Below the pieces are notes generated by a model. It ran no database searches and was not told where the DNA came from. It saw only the letters and a list, made by a program, of their open reading frames with translations. A program made the translations under genes and the position numbers. A stretch of DNA of 64,000 nt from Anaeramoeba ignava BMAN (Eukaryota > Protista > Anaeramoebae): NCBI GenBank assembly GCA_028826165.1, contig JAPDFW010000010.1:1-64000 (forward strand). The letters are read 5' to 3'. This document shows, one piece after another, positions 50,430 to 61,263 of the stretch; the first letter of the stretch is position 1; each line of letters opens with the position of its first letter.

Positions 50430-52412
50430 ATTTTATTTATTTAGAAATTTATATTTTAATTTATAATTTTATTTATAATTTAATTTATAATTTTTATTTA
50501 TAATTTTATTTATAATTTTATTTATTTATTTATAATTTTATTTATAATTTTATTTATAATTTTATTTATAATTTTATTTATAATTTTATTTATAATTTTA
50601 TTTATAATTTAATTTATAATTTTATTTATAATTTAATTTATAATTTTATTTATAATTTAATTTATAATTTTATTTATAATTTTATTTATAATTTAATTTA
50701 TAATTTTATTTATAATTTTATTTATAATTTTATTTATAATTTAATTTATAATTTTATTTATAATTTTATTTATAATTTAATTTTATTTATAATTTAATTT
50801 ATAATTTAATTTATAATTTTATTTATTATTTTATTTATAATTTTATTTATAATTTTATTTATAATTTTATTTATAATTTTATTTATAATTTTATTTATGT
50901 CTTTGTTTATTTTATAATTTTATTTATAATTTTATTTATAATTTAATTTATAATTTTATTTATAATTTTATTTATAATTTTATTTATAATTTTATTTATA
51001 ATTTTATTTATAATTTTATTTATAATTTTATTTATAATTTTATTTATAATTTAATTTATAATTTAATTTATAATTTTATTTATAATTTAATTTATAATTT
51101 TAATTTATAATTTTATTTATAATTTTAATTTATAATTTTATTTATAATTTTATTTATAATTTTTATTTTATTATTTTATTTATAATTTTATTTATAATTT
51201 AATTTATAATTTTATTTATAATTTTATTTTAATTTTTTATAATTTTATTTTAATTTATAATTTTATTTATAAATTTTTATTTTAATTTTAATTTTATTTA
51301 TAATTTAATTTATAATTTTATTTTTATTTTATTTATTTTTATTTTTATTTTTATTTTATTTTTTTTATTTTTTATTTTATAATTTATAATTTAATTTATT
51401 TTATTTTATAATTTTATTTATAATTTAATTTATAATTTAATTTATAATTTAATTTATAATTTAATTTTATTTTTATTATTTAATTTATAATTTAATTTAT
51501 AATTTAATTTATAATTTAATTTATAATTTTATTTATATTTATTTTATTTATAATTTTATTTATATTTAATTTTATTTATAATTTTATTTATAATTTTATT
51601 TTATTTATTTTTTATTTTATATTTTTTTAATTTTATTTATAATTTTATTTATAATTTTTTTTAATTTATAATTTTAATTTTATTTATAATTTTATTTATT
51701 TTATTTATAATTTTATTTATAATTTTATTTTATAATTTTATAATTTTTAATTTTTATAATTTATAATTTAATTTAGTTTTATTTATAATTTTATTTATAA
51801 TTTAATTTATATTTTATTTATATTTTTATTTATAATTTTATTTATAATTTAATTTATATTTTTATTTATATTTTTATTTATATTTTTATTTATAATTTTA
51901 TTTATAATTTTGATTTATAATTTAATTTATAATTTAATTTATAATTTTATTTATAATTTTATTTATAATTTAATTTATAATTTTAATTTATAATTTAATT
52001 TATAATTTTATTTAATTTATAATTTTATTTATAATTTTATTTATAATTTTATTTATAATTTTATTTATAATTTTATTTATAATTTTATTTATAATTTTAT
52101 TTATAATTTTATTTATAATTTTATTTATAATTTTATTTATAATTTTATTTATAATTTAATTTATAATTTTATTTATAATTTTATTTATAATTTTATTTAT
52201 AATTTTATTTATAATTTATAATTTTATTTATAATTTTATTTATAATTTTATTTATATTTTTGTTTATAATTTTATTTATAATTTTAATTTATAATTTTAA
52301 TTTATAATTTAATTTATAATTTTATTTATAATTTTATTTATATTTTTATTTATATTTTTATTTATATTTTTATTTATATTTTTATTTATAATTTAATTTA
52401 TAATTTTATTTA
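50430..52412. repeat. ~12-bp unit array (TTTATTTATAAT) in the ankyrin-RhoGEF intron
   Basis: Directly visible. Confidence 0.95.
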
Positions 52413-53228
52413 TTGGACCCTGAAGCCATAAATAAATGAATCTAAAAATTATAGTTCCGAAAAAGGGAGAAATTCCTTTTGAATTAAAATCATGAAAAAT
52501 AATTTATAGCCCATCATATTTAAGTAATAAATCAACAAATTCAATTTATTACTTCTAACAGCATACATTAAACTTCACTTTCTTTTTTTCCATGCCAATA
52601 TTGATTAATAAATTGTTTCATTTGATGTTTCAAATTGTTTGTTTTTAATTTTTCAATTTTATTTTGTTTTTGCAATAAAGTTGAATAATTTATTTTCCAT
52701 TTTTTTTAAATTATTTATAATTTTATTTTTTTTTTTTATTTTATTTTTCGTTTTTAAAAATAAAAATGAAAAATGAAAAATTAAATGTTTTTTTTCATTC
52801 TTTCAAAAACGCCATGAAAAAAAAAATAATTTCAGGAAATTTAACTTCTTTTTACTTTTTCTCGACTTTCAAATAAAACAATTTTAAATCAACAAATTTT
52901 GAAGTACTTCTAACAGCATACATTAAACTTGTTTTTCCATGCCAATATTGATTAATAAATTGTTTTGTTTTTTCATTTGATGTTTCAAAAAGTGTTTTTA
53001 ATTTTTCAATTTCTTTGTTTTTGCAAAGTTGAATAAATTCTTCCATTTTAAATTATTAAAGTTTTGTTTTTATTTTCGTTTTTAAAAAAAGAAAAATGAA
53101 AAAAAAAAATGAAAAATTAAATTTTCTTCTTTCAAAAAAAAAAACGAAAATAAAAATAATAATCTACTTCTTTTTTTTTACTTTTTCTCGACTTTCTAAA
53201 ACAATTTTATCGAACAAATTTTGAAGAT

Positions 53229-54366
53229 TTAAAGGTAAAAAATTTGATCAAAAATTTTAATGATTTTATTTTGATTTTGATTTTGATTTTGATTTTGATT
53301 TTGATTTTGATTTTGATTTTGATTTTGATTTTGATTTTGATTTTGATTTTGATTTTGATTTTGATTTTGATTTTGATTTTGATTTTTGATTTTGATTTTG
53401 ATTTTGATTTTGATTTTTATTTTGATTTTGATTTTTATTTTGATTTTGATTTTGATTTTGATTTTTATTTTGATTTTTTGATTTTGATTTTGATTTTGAT
53501 TTTGATTTTGATTTTGATTTTGATTTTGATTTTGATTTTCAATTAATTCAATTGGTTCAACAAAATAATGAATAAAATCTTTTTTAAATTCAATATCTTT
53601 GACAGTTGCATAAAAATACTTCTTATTTATAATATCTCGACAAAGAACTTTAGAATCTACATTTGACATAAGATGAAATAAATGATCCCAATTCAATCTT
53701 TTATCAAATATAGTTTGTCTAATTTTTGTTCTAAATTTTTGAAGAAAAGAAATTTCTTGTTCAACAAATTTTTTAGTAAAAACTTGAGGAATTCCAGAAA
53801 TTTTTTTTGCCTTTGAATAAAAAGAAAAATAATTCAATTATAAAAAAATTAATCGATTAAGAAAATAAGTTATTTTTTTGTTTTTGAATTTAATTTGAAA
53901 ATAAAATATCTTTTTATACTTTTCGAAATTCAGATTTAGTTAATTTAACATTTTTTAAATTTGTTGTTTCAAGAATTTGATAAATAGAAAAATGACAAGG
54001 ATTTTGAGTAAAAAAAGCAATATCAATATCAGCATAAAAATATTGAGTAAAAAAACTTCTTGGATTTAAATTTTGAGAAATTTTTTTTGAAATGTTTGAA
54101 GAATTTAAATTATTTCTATATTGAGTAACAAGAGAAGAAGAAGTTATTCTGTTTTTTTCTTGATAATCTTGAAGAACTAATAGAAAATTTTCTGCTGTTA
54201 AATTTGGATTAATTAATAAATTCTTGTTTTTTTCAATTATTTCAATAATTGTTTCTTTTTTTTTTTTAGGTAATTTTTCTGTTAATGTTTCAATGTTCAT
54301 ATTTTTTCTTGTTTCTTTAAAAAAAATTTCTATTTCTTCAAAAGTCCATTCATGTGATAAAGTCAT
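53229..54366 (-). CDS. LIN9: LIN9/ALWAYS EARLY-like DREAM/MuvB subunit (SANT-like, DIRP, Tudor-like), 2 exons
   Basis: N-terminal WTFEEIEIFF. DIRP-like FYADIDIAFF..LTKSEFRK|AKKISGIPQVFTKKFVEQE..LQKFRTKIR. Intron 53919-53811. The C-terminus runs into an (NQ/KI)n repeat. Confidence 0.7.
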
Positions 54367-54514
54367 TTTAAAAAAAAAATGTAAAAGTCTTTTTTGTTTG
54401 TGTTTTTGTTTTTGTTTTTTTTTTGAAAGGAAAAAAATGAAAAAGTTTTTTTTAATTTTTTTAATTTTTTTAATTTTTTTAATTTTTCATTTTTTCATTT
54501 TTCTTTTTTTAAAA

Positions 54515-57410
54515 ATGTCAGTTAAAGAAACTGAATATTATGATATATTAGAAATTTCTCCTTCTGCAACTCAAGTAAAAAAGATAATAAAAAATTTATT
54601 TTTTTTTCCGTTTTTTTTTAATTTAAAAATTTAATTTTTATTTTTAATTTTAATTTTAATTTGGAAAAAAAAAAGGATGAAATTCGAAAAGCATATCGTA
54701 AATTAGCTTTAAAATATCATCCTGATAGAAATCCTGATGGAACAGAACAAGTAAATATTTAATTTGCAAAATTTTTTTTTTCTATTTTTAATTTTTTTAA
54801 TTTTTTTAATTTTTTAATTTTTTAGTTTAAAAAAATTGGTGAAGCTTATGAAGTTTTAAGTGATCCTGAAAAAAGAGAAACTTATGATAAACATGGAAAA
54901 GAAGGTTTAGATAATTCTGGTGGAATTAATCCTTTTGATCTTTTTTCAGAGTTATTTAATAGAAAAAGTAATTTTAACTAATCAAAATCAAAATTCAAAA
55001 TCAAAATCAAAATCAAAATCAAAATCAAAATCAAAATCAAAATCAAAATCAAAATCAAAATCAAAATCAAAATCAAAATCAAAATCAAAATCAAAATCAA
55101 AATCAAAATCAAAATCAAAATCAAAATAAATCAAAATCAAAATCAAAATTAAAATCAAAATCAAAATCAAAATCAAAATCAAAATCAAAATCAAAATCAA
55201 AATTAAAACAAAAATCTAAATCAAAATCAAAATTAAAATCAAATTCAAAATCAAAATCAAAATGAAAATCAAAATGAAAATCAAAATCAAAATCAAAATT
55301 AAAATCAAAATCAAAATCAAAATCAAAATAAAAATCAAAATAAAAATAAAAATAAATTTAAAAGGAAGAAATGATGGACCTCAAAGAGGAAATGATATTA
55401 TTAGACATTTTCCTGTTTCTTTAGAAGATCTTTATCAAGGAAAAACACTAAAAATTTCCATAAATCATATGGTTATATGCCCTGATTGTAAAGGGTAAAT
55501 TAAAATTTAAAATTAAAAATTAAAAATTAAAATTCAAAATTAAAATTAAAAATTAAAAATCAAAATTAAAATTAAAATTAAAAATTAAAATCAAAATTAA
55601 AATTAAAATTAAAAATTAAAATTAAAAATTAAAAATTAAAATTAAAAATTAAAATTAAAAATTAAAATTAAAAATTAAAATTAAAAATTATATTTATTCA
55701 AATATATATTAGAAAAGGATCAACAAAACCAGAAGAAGTTAGAAAATGTAATGCATGTGGTGGACATGGAATTCAAGTTGGATATCAACAAATTGGAATA
55801 GGTTTTATTCGTCAATTTACTCAGGCATGTACAACTTGTAATGGAACAGGAGAAATATTTCCCGAACATTTAAAGTGTTCTAGATGTAATGGAAAAAAAG
55901 TTATTGAGGAAAACAAAAAAGTGGAAGCTTTTATTCAAAAAGGAATGGAAGATGGAGAAGAAGTTACTATTCATGGAGAAGGAGATCAACATGTTTGTGT
56001 TAAACCAGTTTTGATAAAATTCAATTCAAAATAATTAAAATTTAAAATTAAAATTAAAATTAAAATTTAAAATTAAAATTAAAATTTAAAATTAAAATTA
56101 AAATTAAAATTAAAATTAAAATTAAAATTATAATTAAAATTAAAATTAAAATTAAAATTAAAATTAAAATTAAAATCAAAATTAAAATTAAAATTAAAAT
56201 TAAAATTAAAATTAAAATTAAAATTAAAATTAAAATTAAAATTAAAAAGCCTAATGGAATGGCTGGTGATTTGATTTTAATTCTTCAAGAAAAAGATCAT
56301 CAATTTTTTCACAGAAAAGGAAATGATTTATTTTTTTCTCACAAAATTTCTTTATATGAAGCTTTATGTGGATATGTGATTAATATTACACATCTTGATG
56401 GAAGAAAATTAAGAATAACTTCAGCTGAAAATGATGTAATAAAACCACGTTCTGTTCGTGGAATTAAAGGACAAGGAATGCCAAAAAAAGATAAATCTTT
56501 TGAATTTGGAAATTTGTTAATAGAATTTGAAGTTGAATTTCCTCCAAAAAATTCTTTAAATCAAAAAAGGATTGAAGTAAATTATTTTAATATTTAATTT
56601 AATATTTATTTTAATATTTAATTTAATATTTATTTAATATTTATTTTAATATTTATTTTAATATTTATTTTAATATTTAATTTAATATTTAATTTAATAT
56701 TTAATTTAATATTTAATTTAATATTTAATTTAATATTTAATTTAATATTTAATTTAATATTTATTTTAATATTTAATTTAATATTTATTTCAATATTTAT
56801 TTTAATATTTATTTTAATATTTAATTTAATATTTATTTTAATATTTATTTTAATATTTAATTTAATATTTATTTTAATATTTAATTTAATATTTATTTTT
56901 AATATTTATTTTAATATTTATTATAATATTTATTTTAATATTTATTTTAATATTTATTTTAATATTTATTTTAATATTTAATTTAATATTTAATTTAATA
57001 TTTAATTTAATATTTAATTTAATATTTAATTTAATATTTAATTTAATATTTAATTTAATATTTAATTTAATATTTAATTTAATATTTAATTTAATATTTA
57101 ATTTAATATTTAATTTAATATTAAATTTAATATTTATTATAATATTTAATTTAATATTTAATTTAATATTTATTTTAATATTTAATTTAATATTTAAAAA
57201 ATTCTCTAAAAAAAGCTTTTGGAAAAAGTTTTACCACCAAGAACAATAGAAAATAAACCAAAATCAGAAAGAAATCCAAAACTTGAAATTTTTTATCCTA
57301 AAAAAATGGAAGTAAGTCCTGATGAAAAAACTGAATCAACAAATGAAGCTTATCGTTTAGATCGTGATGAAGATGAAGATGGAGATGGAGATGGTTGTCA
57401 ATTTATGTGA
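54515..57410 (+). CDS. Type I Hsp40/DnaJ (DNAJA/Ydj1-like) with C-terminal CaaX (CQFM), 7 exons
   Basis: Exons 54515-54574, 54676-54750, 54826-54967, 55365-55494, 55713-55992, 56250-56576 and 57216-57410. HPD motif, four CxxCxGxG/K repeats and the C-terminal domain. Confidence 0.96.
56585..57195. repeat. ~13-bp unit array (TTTAATATTTAAT/TTTAATATTTATT) in DnaJ intron 6
   Basis: Directly visible. Confidence 0.92.
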
Positions 57411-57614
57411 AAGAAGAAGAAGAAGAAGAAATATCAAGTTATTTTCAAAATAAATTTTTTTCCATTTAAAAAAAAACAACAAATTTCTATTTTCCTTTTC
57501 TTTTTTTTTTACTTTTTTTTTCTTTTAGAAACAAAAAAAGTAATTTTTTAAAGAAGAACAATTTTAAATTCAAAAATTATTTTTAAATTTTTTTTCCGAT
57601 TTCCAATTTATTAT

Positions 57615-59376
57615 TTAATAACGATATTTAGTGTGTAAAGAATCAAAATTTGCTTTTCGAGTTCCAATTATATAATAAAGAATAACATAATTTGAAAAAA
57701 GGAAAATCCCAAAAAGCAAATGATGATGTTGAAGTGATAAAAAAATAAGAAATAAAATCACAATAACAATTAATTGAATTGCAATTAAAACGCATTGCAT
57801 TTTTAGTAATTTTTTGCAATCACTTGCTGATAAAAATTTATCAAAAATATTTAGGAAATGTTTTGAATTTTGATTTGAATATTTTCTTTTTGAACCTCTT
57901 TTTGTTTTTGTTCCATCTTTTTTTTTTATTAAAATTAAAATTAAAATTAAAATTCAATTAAATACTCAAATCAAAATTAATTATTCTTTACCATAAAGAA
58001 GTTCATAATGGAATCGAATATCATTAATCAAACTGTGCATAAAATGATGGGATATACAATGAGTCAAAAACATTTCAAAAGAATTAAAGAATACAAATAA
58101 ATTAATGATATAAAGTCTGAATTTACTAATAAACAAGTTATCTTTTTGAATAAATATTGACAAAATTGCTCCTGAAAAATAAGTAATATAAAATGAATGA
58201 AAGAATATATATTTCATTTTTGGAGGTGATTTCCATTTTCTTGGATCAATTCTTAGCAAACCAAATTTACCAAAAACTAGAATTCGAATAAAAAAACTAA
58301 TTTGGATTTTTTTTCCGATTTAAAATATTGAATTGAATATTGAATTGAATTAAATTGATTTTTGAATATTGATTTGAATTGATTTTTGATTTAAATTAAT
58401 TTAAATATTGAATTAAATATTGATTTTTGAATTAAATATTGATTTGAATTGATTTGATTTTTGATTTAAATTGAATATTGATTTGATTTAAATTGAATTG
58501 ATTTTTGATTTAAATTGATTTTTGATTTGAATTGAATTGAATTGATTTTTGATTTGAATTAAATTAAATTGAATTGAATTAAATTGATTTTTGAATTGAA
58601 TTGATTTTTGAATTGATTTTTGATTTAAATTGATTTTTGATTTAAATTGATTTTTGATTTGAATTAATTTTTGATTTAAATTGATTTTTGATTTAAATTG
58701 ATTTTTGATTTAAATTGATTTTTGATTTAAATTGATTTTTGATTTAAATTGAATTGATTTAAATTGATTTTTGATTTAAATTGATTTTTGAATTAAATTG
58801 ATTTTTGAATTAAATATTGATTTGAATTGATTTTATTTTTGATTTAAATTGAATTGAATTGATTTTTGAATTGATTTTTGATTTAAATTGATTCGAATTA
58901 TTTTTGATTTAAGTTAAATTACGGAATAAAAATATAAATTAAGATAAATATGGATTTCATTTGAGAAATTATTTTAATTATTGTTCCAATAAAAGTAAAT
59001 AAAATTAGAACTAAAATTGTAAAAGAGAAAACTTTTCTTTTTCGAAGATTTTTTCTTTTCCATTTTTGTTGAATCAATGAAAATAAAAAAGGAAAAGAAA
59101 CTTCAAAAAGAGTTAATAAAAGAATTTTAACTTGAATTTCAAAAATATTCTTTTAAAAATTGAAAGAAAAAAATAATAAAATTAAAATTAAAATTTAATT
59201 CATTTTTTTTTTTGTTTTAAAAATTAAAATTATTTTTTTACAGAAAAAATATTAACATTTTGAAGAAAACCAACAAAAAGTGAATATAATAAAATATAAA
59301 CCAAAAAATTTCTTTGGGTTTTTTGAACATCATCTGTTATTAAAGAGATAACTAACTCTTTTGTATTTGTTTTCAT
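57615..59376 (-). CDS. Hypothetical multipass membrane protein, 4 exons
   Basis: Exons 59376-59257, 59149-58923, 58296-57992 and 57916-57615 splice in frame with GT-AG. Several hydrophobic segments. No family recognised. Confidence 0.65.
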
Positions 59377-59655
59377 ATTATTTATAATTCCAAATTAGAA
59401 TTTGTTTTTTTTTTTAATTTCTAATAAAATAAAATAAAAAGGAAAAAAAGTAATAATAATAATAAAAAAAATGAAAAAATGAAAAGAAAAAAATTGGAAA
59501 AAAAAATTTTTTATTATTTATTAATTATTATTATTAAAAGAAAAATTTAATTTAAGATCATAAAATGAAAAGAAAAGAAAAGAAAAGAAATTATTTTAAT
59601 CAATAAACTTTTCTTTTTTTGCTTTTTTTTCTTTTTTTTTTTTGCTTTTTTTCTT

Positions 59656-61166
59656 TTACAACAAATAATTATTCTGTAAAGGATCTTGATAAATAACACC
59701 AAAAGGAGAAACTAAATGGAAAAAACTCTGAAAATTTGGAGAAAGAATATTTTGAGGGATATTTTCCAAAGGAAGAGAATAAGCGGAATCTGCAATTAAA
59801 GATAATAAAAGAGACAAACAAGATTGAGCTTCAAATTTCGAAAAGGGATCGGAATCATTGATTAAAAAATCAACGATTCTGTTTAACAAGAACTCAGCAT
59901 TGGCGAATAGAACCAAGTTGAGGATATTTTTTCCAAGAAAAGAAATTGCGGTTAAAACACCATAAAGAGAAGAAAAAGGAAGTTTTTGATCAACCAAGAA
60001 GGTGTTTAAAGAATTGATTATTTTTTGTTGAAGAAAATCATTTTTTCCACCAAATCGGAAAAAAATTGAGCTGAGTAAACGACTTGAAAAATCTCTCAAA
60101 ATCCAATGGTTATCAAAAAGGACTCCAATTGAGGAAGAAGTTATACAAGTAAGAATTGGGGAATAAAATGGTTGATATAAATTCCACAGTGTAAGTTATT
60201 GTTTTTTAAAAGACAATCAATAACTCGCATTAGATTCATTAAAACTGGTAAGTTATCAATGTTGAAATATACATTTGTGATTATAAATTCAATGTAATAT
60301 GGTAGTAATATTTGAATTCCTGAATTGAATTGTAATGAACTGTATATTCTTTCTTCAAGACTCCGTATTGTATCTCTTCGTATTAATCTTTCAATTGTGA
60401 ATTCGTAGTAATCTGAAAGTTCTCGAGAAAGTGCTAATGGTTGTTTTGGGACTTTTATATAATTTTAATTACAATTTTATAAATGAATTTTAATTTTAAT
60501 TATAATTTTAATTTTAATTTTAATTTTAATTTTAATTTTAATTTTAATTTTAATTTTAATTTTATAAATGAATTTTAATTTTAATTTTAATTTTAATGAT
60601 TTTTAATTTTAATTTTAATTTTAATTTTAATTTTAATTTTAATTATTTTGAATTGAATTTTAATTTTAATTTTAATTTTAATTTTAATTTTAATTTTATT
60701 TTTAATTTTAATTTTAATTATTTTGAATTGAATTTTAATTTGGAGTTCATTTATAAATACGATAAGATTCAGATATTGTAGAAAAACCCTCAATAGAAAT
60801 CCATTGAGAAATTATTTTTTGTTGTTCAAATTTTTGAGGGTTTTTTTCTTTAACAAATTCATCTAATAACTAAAAGAAACAATAAAAGAAGAAAAACAAG
60901 AAGATTAATAAAAAGGATGAATTAATAAAAAAAGAAGAAATCACCTCATTATTATAGTTTAAAATAGCGTATCTTATATCAGATGTTGTTAAATTGTTTC
61001 TGTGTGAATGTTTCATAAATTTCATTGAATCTTGTATTAATTCAGTAATTCTTGTATTTATTTCTTTCTGTAAAATTTTCATTATTTTTGGTTTTTGATT
61101 TGGTTCAAAATCTAAATTTTTCACTGAGTTTCCTATTGATGTTAAAAAATTTTCTGTAACAAACAT
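59656..61166 (-). CDS. TAF6: TFIID subunit 6 (histone fold + HEAT-like domain), with a 1-nt frameshift at about 60160
   Basis: Exons 61166-60945, 60861-60761 and 60451-59656. Motifs LIQDSMKFMKHSHR..LTTSDI, QWISIEG, LSRELSDYY, GIQILLPYY, HWILRDFS and SLYG. Confidence 0.88.
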
Positions 61167-61263
61167 TGGAAAATTTAATTGAAAAAATGAAAATGAAAAT
61201 GAAAAAATGAAAAAATGAAAAAAAATTTTTGATTTTGATTTTCATTTTTTTTCTTTTTTCAAA

